A stretch of DNA of 56,268 bases. It comes from a virus (lineage: Duplodnaviria; Caudoviricetes). Position 1 is the first letter of the stretch. Each line of letters opens with the position of its first letter. The stretch lies in the IMG/VR virus record IMGVR_UViG_3300036832_001266, positions 1-56,268 of that record. One strand, given 5' to 3'. Shown here piece by piece: positions 26,236-35,622 of this stretch. The notes under the pieces are model-generated. The model worked only from the letters and a program-made list of their open reading frames with translations. It made no database searches and was not told the origin of the DNA. Both the position numbers and the translations under genes were made by a program.

Positions 26236-27537
26236 TCAAAGTTCAGTCTTGTCCGGCACCTTGGCGGCGGTCTTGGTAGCTCGCAGGCGGCCGAGCCCGC
26301 TGCCGGCACCGCCCACGAGCCCTCCGCGGGCATAACCCTTGCCCTGCTGGTGATAGATGCCGCTGCCGGCGAGGCCGGGATCGGTGCTGTCCTGGTTCTT
26401 GGGGGTGAAGCCGGCGCTGCCGCCGCGTTTGCGCTTTTTCACCTTTTCCTCCTTCGGCTCCTTCGCTTCCTCCTGCTTGTACAGCTTCTTGAACAGCTTT
26501 TTGTCCTCGGCTTCGTCGCCGTGCTTCTCGGTTTTGCCACCCTTCTTGAAACCGACGGTCGTGCCTGGCGCCGGGCGCGTGCGGTAGGCGGCGAGGTTGG
26601 CCGGCGTCGGCACCATGAGCGGCTGCGCCGGGCGCGCCGCGCGGCCGGAGATCGTCGGTGGTCCCGGTTGCGCCGGCGTCGCTTGCGAGCCCGGGCGCGT
26701 CATGCCGAAGAGGCCGCCGCCGGCCTGGCGTTTTTTGACCGCGCCGCCACGCTTCTGCATGTTCGGCATGCTCGACGGCAACTGGCTCGATGCCAGGTTC
26801 TGCGCGGCCGCGCCTGGGCCGCCGCCTTGCTGCAAGACCGCCGTGTCGTCGTCGTCGTCTTGCTTCTTGCCGGGGGCGGCGCCGCCGTATTGGCGCCTGC
26901 CGATGCGACCGCCGCGTTTGTGCGCCGACACGGCGCTGTCGGTCTCGGTGGTCGGCGAATGCGGGAAGCCGCGGTAGGCCTTACCCTCGGTTTCGCCGCC
27001 GATCTTGCGCTTCTTGACGACGCCGCCGCGCTTCATGCCGGGCGGACGCATCGGCGGGACGGCACCGGGCGGCATGCCGGCGCCCGCTGCGATCGGCGGC
27101 CGCGGCAGCATCGGCGCACCCATCGCCGCCATCGGTCCCATCGGCGCGCCCATCATCGGCCGCGGCGGCACCACCGGCGGTACGACCGGCGGCGCACCGG
27201 GCGCGATCGGCGGCCGGATCGGCATTCCACCACCAACGGCTGGGACGCCAACCCCGCGGCCGCCGGCACCGCCGGGTGCCGCGATCACGATGTTGGTGGT
27301 GTGGTGACCTTTTTTGCTACGGGTCTTGATGGTCCCGCCGGTAGCCATGCGGTCGGGCCGGCGCCTGCCTTTGCCGCCCGCGATCGTCATCTCACGTTGG
27401 GTACCGGCGTTTTTCTTGGGATACGACGTTTTGTCGTACATGCTGGACGAACCCCACGCCTTGCCGGCGGTGGCGCCCAATCTGCGCAGACGCGCCTTTT
27501 GCGATGCCTTCGCCTGGCCAGCCATGGGATGTGCCAT
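26236..27537 (-). CDS. Basic low-complexity protein with 11 or more xxGG motifs
   Basis: 433 aa; AGGAG RBS; HGDEAEDKKLFKK motif. Confidence 0.75.
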   Translation of the reverse strand: MAHPMAGQAKASQKARLRRLGATAGKAWGSSSMYDKTSYPKKNAGTQREMTIAGGKGRRRPDRMATGGTIKTRSKKGHHTTNIVIAAPGGAGGRGVGVPAVGGGMPIRPPIAPGAPPVVPPVVPPRPMMGAPMGPMAAMGAPMLPRPPIAAGAGMPPGAVPPMRPPGMKRGGVVKKRKIGGETEGKAYRGFPHSPTTETDSAVSAHKRGGRIGRRQYGGAAPGKKQDDDDDTAVLQQGGGPGAAAQNLASSQLPSSMPNMQKRGGAVKKRQAGGGLFGMTRPGSQATPAQPGPPTISGRAARPAQPLMVPTPANLAAYRTRPAPGTTVGFKKGGKTEKHGDEAEDKKLFKKLYKQEEAKEPKEEKVKKRKRGGSAGFTPKNQDSTDPGLAGSGIYHQQGKGYARGGLVGGAGSGLGRLRATKTAAKVPDKTEL

Positions 27538-27563
27538 TTGCGTGCTCCTGTTTTAGACCCGTT

Positions 27564-29873
27564 CTAAAGAATACGCCCCTGACCTTGCGGATACACCGGT
27601 CCCGGCCACAGCTGGGCGAAGGTCTGCGCCACCGGCGTCGCCTCCGGATGGACCAGGGCGCCTTCCGCCATCTGCATGCGCTCGTTGGCGAGCTTGGCAG
27701 ATTCGATGCGCTCCAGCGACTCGCGCTGCTCGCGATTGTTCTGCAGCTGCATCTGCTGGGTCAGGAACTTCATCTTTTCAGAGAGCAGCTGGAGTTGACC
27801 CTTTTGCTCGATGTCTTTGCTGTTCTGCGCCAGCTCGGCCATCTTGGTCTGCATGTCGCTCATCGCCTTCATCGCCTTCGGATCGGACTGCTGCTGGTTC
27901 TGATCGGGCGAGGCGAACAGCTCGTCGACGTTGCCCATTCCGACCATGGTCGCAACGCGGCGAACGACCGCCTGCAGGTTCCACATCTGCGGGTTCATCT
28001 GCACCAATTGAACAAGCGCCACAGCCTTCATTACACGAATCGTATGACTCGGCGTGTTGGGATCGGCGCGCGGCGAGAGCGTGCATTCGTTGAGCGCCCT
28101 GATGATATCTTCGCGCTCCCATTGCGCCGACGGCGTTGGCGCGGCGCACAACAAGGCATCAGGGTCCTCGACGAACAGATCGCGTAGCAGCGCAAATTCC
28201 TCGGACTGGGCGATGTGCATGCCTTTATGCACAGAATCCAAGACTTTGACGGCTTGGTCCAGCATCGCCAGCGTGGTCCCGACCGGCACGTCCTGGCGGC
28301 CTTCGCCCACCATCAGTTCGGGGGTGCCGCCGACGCGGCGGGCTTCGTCTTCGATGTGTTTGGTGACCTGAACCAACCCCGCCGTGACGTCCTTGTAGGG
28401 CAAGGACATGACATTGTTGCCGATGGGCTGGCCACCGGTGTTGATGCGACAGCCGCCGCCGAGGGGGACACGGAAAGTCATCGTGTCCTGTCTGCCCACG
28501 GTTTCACTGTAGAGAAAGCCCGGCCAGGACGAGAATCCGGCGCTATCGAGCGCCAGCCGCCAGGCGGTGGTGATGGCAGCGGTCGCATTGCCCATGATTT
28601 GCAACAACCCGATGCCGTAAAACCCGAGGCCGTCGACGAAGGGGTATTTCACAATCGGCATGCGTTTGAGGTAGCGATCATCGCCCTCGTTCCAGTTGCG
28701 CCGCACCTCCATGACGGTCTGGCTATCCTTGTCGATCGCCACCTTGTAGGGCAGCGCCAGCCCGGTGAAATGCCCGTCTTCCTTGTGCTCGAAACCGGCA
28801 ACGTCGAGCTCGCAATAGCATTCGTAGACCGTGTGCTTGTAATCCTCCGGACGCTGGGTAAAGACCGAGAGCCCGGCGACATCGCGCTCGGCCTGGTCGA
28901 CGGCATCGACGTCGGGCGGGATCGGCGGTGTCAAATCGGTGTTGATGTATTGTCCGGAGAGCTGCATGCGCCGCATCACGGACTGTCGCATATGGATACG
29001 ATGGGTGACGCGCCCGCAGTCGTGCAGCGAGACCTCGTTGTCGGAGACGATGATGTCATCGGCGTCGATCGAGCGCGCCACCGGCCGGCGCCGGATCGGG
29101 CAGCGATAGACTTTTTTGAATCCCGAGCCGCCGAACCCCTGCAGGAAGAACATCCTGGTCGAATCGGGATAATACTCGCGATCGACGATGGTCAGATAGC
29201 GGTTGAACAGCATCTCCAGGTCTTCGGCCAGGATATCGCGATCGTTGCCCGTGTCCTGCCGCGGCTGCTGCGTCTGCTGCTCCAGAAATTGCCGGCGCGG
29301 GGTCTTGGTGGTTGAGGTGTTCTGGATTTTGACCGGGCCGCCGGCGGGCAACAATTCTCCCCGCGCATTGGCCTGATGCCGCATCACGGCGTCAAGCAGG
29401 ATGGGCGTTCGCACCGTGGTCTGGCCCTCGACCGCGGTGTCGGCGTCGGCGGTGGGCGAGCGCGGGTTTTCGACCTTCAGGGCGAGGTGCTTGATGCCCT
29501 GCGCGCGACGCTCGATCCAATCGCGCCGGGTCTGGATATCGGCGTCGATGCCGTTGAGCAGGTCGTCGCAGATGCGCGCCAATTCGCGCGCATCGATAAA
29601 ATCTGCCAGGTTAGCGTCGTGGTTCTTGGCGTTGCCGGTCGGCTCGCGGCTAATCTTCTTGCCGTCGAGACGGATCAGCAGCGAGCCGTCGGCGCGCTCG
29701 ATGCCGATCTCCTCGACCGGCGCCTCGGCGTCTTCCTGCAGGACGATGGTGATGTCCTCGCCGGTATCGGTCGGCGGGATTTGGCCAGCGATGTCGTCCA
29801 GGTTGCGGTAATGCTCGGTCGGCGTTACCGGGCCCAATCCCCTACCATTGATCGGCGCACCGTTGGCCATCAT
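27564..29873 (-). CDS. Portal protein
   Basis: 769 aa; ARGELLPAGGPVK, GSGFKKVY, GFYGIGL, PVGTTLA motifs; downstream of terL. Confidence 0.9.
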   Translation of the reverse strand: MMANGAPINGRGLGPVTPTEHYRNLDDIAGQIPPTDTGEDITIVLQEDAEAPVEEIGIERADGSLLIRLDGKKISREPTGNAKNHDANLADFIDARELARICDDLLNGIDADIQTRRDWIERRAQGIKHLALKVENPRSPTADADTAVEGQTTVRTPILLDAVMRHQANARGELLPAGGPVKIQNTSTTKTPRRQFLEQQTQQPRQDTGNDRDILAEDLEMLFNRYLTIVDREYYPDSTRMFFLQGFGGSGFKKVYRCPIRRRPVARSIDADDIIVSDNEVSLHDCGRVTHRIHMRQSVMRRMQLSGQYINTDLTPPIPPDVDAVDQAERDVAGLSVFTQRPEDYKHTVYECYCELDVAGFEHKEDGHFTGLALPYKVAIDKDSQTVMEVRRNWNEGDDRYLKRMPIVKYPFVDGLGFYGIGLLQIMGNATAAITTAWRLALDSAGFSSWPGFLYSETVGRQDTMTFRVPLGGGCRINTGGQPIGNNVMSLPYKDVTAGLVQVTKHIEDEARRVGGTPELMVGEGRQDVPVGTTLAMLDQAVKVLDSVHKGMHIAQSEEFALLRDLFVEDPDALLCAAPTPSAQWEREDIIRALNECTLSPRADPNTPSHTIRVMKAVALVQLVQMNPQMWNLQAVVRRVATMVGMGNVDELFASPDQNQQQSDPKAMKAMSDMQTKMAELAQNSKDIEQKGQLQLLSEKMKFLTQQMQLQNNREQRESLERIESAKLANERMQMAEGALVHPEATPVAQTFAQLWPGPVYPQGQGRIL

Positions 29874-29880
29874 CGGCGCC

Positions 29881-30234
29881 TTATACGTGTTGGACCTGGA
29901 GGCCGCCCATATCGGTCAATTCCAGCATCTCGCCCGGTTTGAGCGAGGCGTTGTAAATCGGCAACGTCAACGTCCCGTCGAAGACCTGGACCGTGATGCC
30001 GCAAAGCAGCGTAACATCCTTGTTGCGCACGTGCAGCGTCTTGACGTTGCGCTGCGCCGAGCTCGCGGGCGAGCCGACCGCGATCGTGGTCGCCGCCGCC
30101 GCGATATGGGTGTTGGTGCGTCCCGGCGTGATGGTGGCACCCAGCGTGTCGATCCAAGTCGCGTGCACGTCGATCGACGCCGCCGCGCTGGTGACGAGCT
30201 GGAGCTGATCGCTGGTTGAGGTTAGCAGCAGCAT
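29881..30234 (-). CDS. Structural-type protein, paralogue of the N-terminus of 30236..31129
   Basis: MLLLTSTSDQLQLVT...DVHATW...PGRTNT...RNVKT. Confidence 0.75.
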   Translation of the reverse strand: MLLLTSTSDQLQLVTSAAASIDVHATWIDTLGATITPGRTNTHIAAAATTIAVGSPASSAQRNVKTLHVRNKDVTLLCGITVQVFDGTLTLPIYNASLKPGEMLELTDMGGLQVQHV

Positions 30235-30235
30235 C

Positions 30236-31129
30236 TTACTTGGCTATCCCGTAAAGTTTGATGGTTCCACCGGCGATGGTATTGCCGCCGGTTGCCAGCA
30301 GAAACTGGATGCCGTTGATGGGATTGGTGTCGGCGTAATACATTCCACCCCAGACCAGGCGGCAGATACCGAGCGCGGGGTGATAGGCGACCGCATCTCC
30401 CATGATGTGTTTGGTCAAAGAGGAGCTGGCGGGAAACACCATAGTGATACGGTCATTGAGGTTGAAGAAGGCGGAGGCCGACATGGAGGGGGACGCCAGC
30501 ATTCCGGTGTCGATGTTGCTCACCGCGTGGAAGGTGGGGGCGCCGCCCTCATAGCCGACGAACATGGTAGTCCAGACGTAATTGGAAGCGCCTTGTTTCC
30601 AGGTTGCGCCGTTGTCCTGGGAGATGCGCATTTTGAGAAAGTCGTCAGCGCTTGGGCGCAGGGCCAGGATGTGGATTTCGTATTCGTCGTAGGTGGCATC
30701 GATGCCGGCCGTGAACTGAATAGAAGGGACGGGCGTGGTGACGACCTGGGAGGCGATGAGGACATGAGCACCGGAGATCGGTGCGGCGGCGATGAGAAAG
30801 CCGATCTCGTCGATATATTGCAGCGTGGCTTGCGCGCCGAGCGTGACCTGGTGGAGCTGGACGGCGGTGGCGCCGTCGGTGTGTTGCAGGATGACGGTGT
30901 TCGCTCCGGCACCGGCGTTGTAGATTTGCATAGTCTTGAGATTGCGATAGGTGCCGCCGGCGGGGGCGAGCACCACGTCGGTCGTGGTCGCGGTGGTGAT
31001 CTGGGTGTTCTTGCGGCCGGGCACCACCGTGCCGGCGATGTTGTCGAGATAGCTGGCGTGGACGTTGATCTGCCCGGCGCTGCCGGTGACGATCTGCAGC
31101 TTGTCGGTGGCGGAGGCAAGAATGAGCAT
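30236..31129 (-). CDS. Fibre/receptor-binding-like protein
   Basis: Shared N-domain plus SIQFTAGIDATYDEY...GGTIKLYGI beta domain. Confidence 0.7.
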   Translation of the reverse strand: MLILASATDKLQIVTGSAGQINVHASYLDNIAGTVVPGRKNTQITTATTTDVVLAPAGGTYRNLKTMQIYNAGAGANTVILQHTDGATAVQLHQVTLGAQATLQYIDEIGFLIAAAPISGAHVLIASQVVTTPVPSIQFTAGIDATYDEYEIHILALRPSADDFLKMRISQDNGATWKQGASNYVWTTMFVGYEGGAPTFHAVSNIDTGMLASPSMSASAFFNLNDRITMVFPASSSLTKHIMGDAVAYHPALGICRLVWGGMYYADTNPINGIQFLLATGGNTIAGGTIKLYGIAK

Positions 31130-31185
31130 CGGTTGCTACCCCGGGGCGCGCAACCATAGCCTCTAAGCCATGAGATTCGCTAGGC

Positions 31186-31356
31186 CTATCCGCCGCGCCC
31201 TTCTATGGCTCGGCGGGTGATCATATAGCCCAGCGCCAATTCCTGCTTTGCCGCCCTCATATAGGCACGCCGTTGCGCACGTTTACGCGCGGCACGGCGG
31301 ATGCCGCGCAAGATGGCGGCGCGGGTTTTGCGATCAGCCCAAGGGTTTTTTCTCAT
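31186..31356 (-). CDS. Small Arg-rich protein (56 aa)
   Basis: Hand-translated MRKNPWADRKTR...; ATGA overlap with the terL stop. Confidence 0.45.
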   Translation of the reverse strand: MRKNPWADRKTRAAILRGIRRAARKRAQRRAYMRAAKQELALGYMITRRAIEGRGG

Positions 31357-33041
31357 CCCCAATGACCGTGCGCCGGGTACATCGGCGGCGCCAGCTTGTG
31401 ATACTTGTTGGCTTCCTCCGCATCGAGGTCGTCTTCATCCGGCAGCGTCGCGAGGCCTATTGCGCGCAAGTGCGCAAGGGCTTGCGACATGGCGTCGGCG
31501 AGATCGTCGTGCTGGCCCTTGCCGAGCACCTCGCATTCACCAATGACCTTGTCGGCCCAGTCCTTGAACACAATTTCCGCACCCACGCCTTCGGCGGGGG
31601 CATAGATCAGCCCGCATTCGAACAGGTTCTGCACCGCGTACATGCGCGCGATCTTGTCGCCTTCTGGGGAGATAAGTTGCACGCCGAAATCCGCGCGATC
31701 GAGGGTCTTGGGATTCTTTGCCAGCCGTTCGGCGATGGTACGGCCGCGCCGGCGCAGCTCCTGGGCGACCGGATAGCCTGACGCTTTGTCCTCGATGAGG
31801 ACTCTGTCGACCTTGTACTTCTTGCAGGTCTCCTCGATCTTCTTGATCAGTTCGTACAGCTCCAGCCGCTCGCTCCAGCCCCACATCAGAATGAGCCGGC
31901 GGTTTTGCCAGATATCTCTACATACACCGAGAACCACCGCGGCCGAGGGATCGTTCTGCTTCTTCTCGGTCTGCGCGGTGTCGAGCGAGAGCACCGTGTA
32001 GCTCATGATCGGGAACTTGGGCCAGGGCATCCCAAACTTCCCACATTCGTCGGGCGTGTACGCGCGCCAGTGCTCGCGTTTAATGACGCCGCCGCCACGC
32101 GGTGCTGGGCGCTGCTGGTATTGACCGGCGTAGGCCCACGAGCCTTTTTCTTTTTCGATGGTGGCGACGGCTTCGGGCGAGAACCGCTCCGGCCATGCCA
32201 GGTCACCGTCTTCGGTGCGCGGATCGGTCCAGCCGAGCGCATTGAAAGGTTCCCGCCCGGCTTCGTATTCCATCGGCACCATCAGGTGGGTGTAGGGCCA
32301 GCCCTGTTCGAGGATGAAGCCGGAAATGTCACCTTGATGCACCCGCTGCATGATAATGACGATGGCACTATCATCAAGATTATTGAGCCGGTCCGTGATC
32401 GTTTCGCGAAACCAACGCACAGTATCGGTTCTAACGATATCGCTTTCTGATTTATGTACGTCATGGGGATCGTCGATGACAACCCGATCGCCGCGTTCGC
32501 CAGTGCCGATGCCCTTGACCGACGACGCGAACTTCGAGCCGGTCTTGTCGTTGGTGATCTTGATTTCGCCTTCCTTTTCGAGCGCGAATTTGTCACCCCA
32601 CAGCTCCTTGTATTTTTCGCTCATGACGAGCTTGCGGAACTTGGTGTTGTCACGTTCGGTCAACCCGCTGGAGTAGGAGAAGGACACGAAGCGCAGGTGG
32701 GGCATGCCCATCGGGCCCCATTCCCAGGCTGGCCAGAACACGTTGACCATGAGCGATTTCATGCTGCCGGGCGGGACGTTCACCAATAATCTTGTGATCT
32801 TGCCGAAGGTGATGGCTTCGAGATGTTCGGCGATGGCGTCGAGCAGCCAGCCCTCGACCAGTTTGGTTTCCGGTTCGAGCACGCTCCAGAAGTAGCGCAC
32901 GAAACTTACCAGGCCTTCGGGTCGGGCCTGGACCGAGCGCTCGCGCCGCACGCGGATTTCGTCCTGCAGCGCCTGCAGCGAGGCTTCCGCGACCTCAGGG
33001 GCGACCAGCTTCTCCAGTTCGGTTTTCTTGCGACGCGGCAT
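31353..33041 (-). CDS. terL: Terminase large subunit
   Basis: Walker A NVPPGSMKS, Walker B VVIDDPH, IIMQR, nuclease LSLDTA, IEDKASG, HDDLADA. Confidence 0.95.
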   Translation of the reverse strand: MPRRKKTELEKLVAPEVAEASLQALQDEIRVRRERSVQARPEGLVSFVRYFWSVLEPETKLVEGWLLDAIAEHLEAITFGKITRLLVNVPPGSMKSLMVNVFWPAWEWGPMGMPHLRFVSFSYSSGLTERDNTKFRKLVMSEKYKELWGDKFALEKEGEIKITNDKTGSKFASSVKGIGTGERGDRVVIDDPHDVHKSESDIVRTDTVRWFRETITDRLNNLDDSAIVIIMQRVHQGDISGFILEQGWPYTHLMVPMEYEAGREPFNALGWTDPRTEDGDLAWPERFSPEAVATIEKEKGSWAYAGQYQQRPAPRGGGVIKREHWRAYTPDECGKFGMPWPKFPIMSYTVLSLDTAQTEKKQNDPSAAVVLGVCRDIWQNRRLILMWGWSERLELYELIKKIEETCKKYKVDRVLIEDKASGYPVAQELRRRGRTIAERLAKNPKTLDRADFGVQLISPEGDKIARMYAVQNLFECGLIYAPAEGVGAEIVFKDWADKVIGECEVLGKGQHDDLADAMSQALAHLRAIGLATLPDEDDLDAEEANKYHKLAPPMYPAHGHWG

Positions 33042-33266
33042 TCAGCACTTCACCGGGATCGGCTTTTCCTTTTTCCACCGCTTGCGTGCTTTTACCAGAT
33101 GTTTGGCGGCCGGAGAATTGACGAAATCCGCCAATTCCTTTGTGGCTTCCGGGTGTTCCATTGCGTCGATGATCTCTGCGGCAATGATCTCCCCGAGCAG
33201 ATGCGTGGCTCCTGCCGCCGTCAAGACTTCCATCAGCTTGCTCAACGGCTTTTCTTTCTTTTTCAT
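33042..33266 (-). CDS. Hypothetical protein
   Basis: 74 aa abutting terL; GAGGTGAGG RBS. Confidence 0.65.
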   Translation of the reverse strand: MKKKEKPLSKLMEVLTAAGATHLLGEIIAAEIIDAMEHPEATKELADFVNSPAAKHLVKARKRWKKEKPIPVKC

Positions 33267-33294
33267 GCCTCACCTCGTGATGCCGACGCGATAT

Positions 33295-33471
33295 TCACCC
33301 AGGGTCATTACCATGCCCCATCTTACGGGCTGCGGCGATCAGCTGCATCCGCATCCAGCTGGAGAGCGCGAGCCCCATCTTATTTGCACAGCGCTGAAAG
33401 ACGGTGCGCTCTTTCGATGTCACCCGCAGCATGATGGCGACATCGCGATTTTCCGGTTTTTGCCTAGCCAT
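33295..33471 (-). CDS. Ribbon-helix-helix-like regulator (58 aa)
   Basis: Hand-translated MARQKPENRDVAIMLRVTSKERTVFQRCANKMGLALSSWMRMQL. Confidence 0.6.
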   Translation of the reverse strand: MARQKPENRDVAIMLRVTSKERTVFQRCANKMGLALSSWMRMQLIAAARKMGHGNDPG

Positions 33472-33493
33472 GATCTTGCCAGCCTATCGCGCA

Positions 33494-33507
33494 GCGTTTA
33501 CAAACGC
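33494..33507. promoter_or_regulatory. Palindromic operator candidate
   Basis: GCGTTT-AC-AAACGC in a 39-bp divergent gap. Confidence 0.45.
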
Positions 33508-33510
33508 AAC

Positions 33511-33717
33511 ATGAGCAGCGCCGGAAAATGGACCATCGAGGTCACCCAAAGCTATCCTGTCTGGTGTTTAATCCGCTACCATGATCCTGGTCGCGAAGCG
33601 CGAGAAATCAATCTCATCCGGCACAACGACTTGCGCGACCTCGCCTATGCCATTGAGCGCGCCATCAAACAGGCGCGCGATAACCTATCAGAACCGTACA
33701 AGCATGAGATGGATTGA
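33511..33717 (+). CDS. Hypothetical protein (68 aa)
   Basis: C-terminal part of track ORF 33028..33717, coupled to the next gene. Confidence 0.6.
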   Translation: MSSAGKWTIEVTQSYPVWCLIRYHDPGREAREINLIRHNDLRDLAYAIERAIKQARDNLSEPYKHEMD

Positions 33718-34154
33718 TGGCAAACCACAAAGACTGGGAACTCGCGGACCTCCACACCAGCGAAACCGCCAGGCTGCGCAAAGATAATGAGCGCCTCTTG
33801 GTCGAGATCAAACGGCTGGCTTCGCTGTGCGACAGCTTCGGCGTTGACGCGATCAACGATGAGGCCAAGATCGAGGAACTGCGGCGCGAGATCGGCTATC
33901 TGATGGAGCAAAATAGCGAGATCAAGCGTGAGCACAACGAGGCGGGTGTGACGCTCGAAGCAATGCGCGCCCAAGGTGCGCTGATCGTGCATGCGCTGGA
34001 TTGCGCCATCCGCTGGGCCGAAGCATTGTTTGCGTTCTGGCCGGCGGGCACGCCGATGCATCCCGATGTCGGCGCCTGCAAACATCAGCTCGACGAAGCC
34101 ATGAGCAAGATCGGCGCGCGTGGGCCGGTTGGGTCCAGCGGAGAAAAATCATGA
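33714..34154 (+). CDS. Coiled-coil hypothetical protein
   Basis: 146 aa, coupled to neighbours. Confidence 0.7.
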   Translation: MMANHKDWELADLHTSETARLRKDNERLLVEIKRLASLCDSFGVDAINDEAKIEELRREIGYLMEQNSEIKREHNEAGVTLEAMRAQGALIVHALDCAIRWAEALFAFWPAGTPMHPDVGACKHQLDEAMSKIGARGPVGSSGEKS

Positions 34155-34417
34155 GCCAGCTGCCCGAGCCAACCCCCGAGCCGGCGCCCGACGACCCCGA
34201 GCGGCTCAAAAACGCGCTCAAGATCGCCGGCGCCAACATCGCCGAGCTCAACGATAAATGTGCGGCGCTGGTCGTGACGCTCAACAGCGCGCTCCTCCTG
34301 ATCGACCTCATGATCAACGATCTGCGGCAGGCCAACGTCACGCCTTCGATAGCCATCGTGGTTGAAAAGGCCAAGCTCGACCAAGCCATGCGCAAGTTGC
34401 TGCGAAAGGAAAGCTAA
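34151..34417 (+). CDS. Hypothetical protein
   Basis: ATG 34151, GGAG RBS, ATGA overlap. Confidence 0.65.
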   Translation: MSQLPEPTPEPAPDDPERLKNALKIAGANIAELNDKCAALVVTLNSALLLIDLMINDLRQANVTPSIAIVVEKAKLDQAMRKLLRKES

Positions 34418-34758
34418 TGCAGACCTGTGAGCTCCTCGCCGGCCACCGTCGCTGCCTTCTCTCCGGCAGGACCGGCGATGTCGGTTGCCAGCATCGACGG
34501 CGACGGCGATACCCCGCCGGTCAGGCGGATGTTGGTCCACATCGCCTCGCAGAACGCCGTCGACGGCCGGAAGCTGCGGTCGCAGAACAGCACGCCTAAT
34601 ACCGCGCTGCCAACCCCGGCAGCGCTGAGCACGAACAGGTCGAAGTGCGTGCCATCCGGGACATTGACCACGATCGCCGCCTGCGGCGTGGCCGCACCAG
34701 CGTTGGCGTAATACCGCAGCATACTGCCGACCACCGGCGTCGTCATCGATCTCGGCAT
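34414..34758 (-). CDS. Conserved small phage protein
   Basis: PVVGSMLRYY...PQAAIVVNV motif; AGGAGG RBS. Confidence 0.65.
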   Translation of the reverse strand: MPRSMTTPVVGSMLRYYANAGAATPQAAIVVNVPDGTHFDLFVLSAAGVGSAVLGVLFCDRSFRPSTAFCEAMWTNIRLTGGVSPSPSMLATDIAGPAGEKAATVAGEELTGLH

Positions 34759-34898
34759 GATAGCCTCCTGATGCTCAAAAAGATTGATCGTCGACCAACC
34801 ATAGCACAATCGATCGACGCGGAAGGCCGCTGTGGTGCGGTGTCAAAACCTGCGGCCTTGTCGGGCGGCCACGCCCTATCCGCGTCGAACGCGATGCT

Positions 34899-35525
34899 TT
34901 ACTTCGACGGAGTTGGGTGCGGCACGCTAGGAACGCCGACCACGACCCAGCCGGTATCCGGGCTCCAGCCCACCTTCCATTCGATCAGCGGCGGCCGCTC
35001 GCTTCCGGGCGGTGGCAACACAATCGGATGTGTCGGTAGATTGACATCGCCCCAGATACCCAGCGGCGGCACTGGCGGCAGCACGATTGGATGTGCCGGC
35101 ACACCCGGCGAGATCGCATCCGGCGGAATGACAATCGGATGCGCCGGATGGCCCGGTGACGGCCAAATCTCGGGTGGTGGGAGTACGATCGGGTGCGTCG
35201 GAACGCCCGGTGCGATCGCCCCCGGCGGGATCACGATCGGGTGCGCCGGATAGACCGGAATGTAGATCGGATGCGCCGGTACTCCAGGAGAGATTGCATC
35301 CGGGGGAACAATCACGATCGGGTGGGCAGGTACAGGCGGTGGACCACCCGGAGCGATTGGATGTGCTGGATACACTGGTCCACCCGGGCCAGGCCACACC
35401 ACCGGTGGCGGCCCACCAGGCGCTATGGGATGTGAGGGGAACGGACCTCCCGGCATCGGCCCGCCGCCAACACCGACATCCGTGTAAGTCATCGTGCCTA
35501 TGATCGTGACTGGAATACTCGCCAT
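34899..35525 (-). CDS. Pro-rich PxHPI-repeat protein
   Basis: Nine PxHPI units; GGAGG RBS; C-terminal WKVGWSPDTGW. Confidence 0.8.
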   Translation of the reverse strand: MASIPVTIIGTMTYTDVGVGGGPMPGGPFPSHPIAPGGPPPVVWPGPGGPVYPAHPIAPGGPPPVPAHPIVIVPPDAISPGVPAHPIYIPVYPAHPIVIPPGAIAPGVPTHPIVLPPPEIWPSPGHPAHPIVIPPDAISPGVPAHPIVLPPVPPLGIWGDVNLPTHPIVLPPPGSERPPLIEWKVGWSPDTGWVVVGVPSVPHPTPSK

Positions 35526-35622
35526 TTTTCATCCTCCGAGGATTTGTTTGATCGTTCGCGACGCGACAATACCAAGCTACCGCGAAACATTTACGAAACG
35601 CAACACAACATTCGTCAATTCG

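Noticed and set aside
10-33000. Numerous long plus-strand ORFs over the structural module
   Set aside because: Antisense shadows of high-GC minus-strand genes; no RBS or motifs
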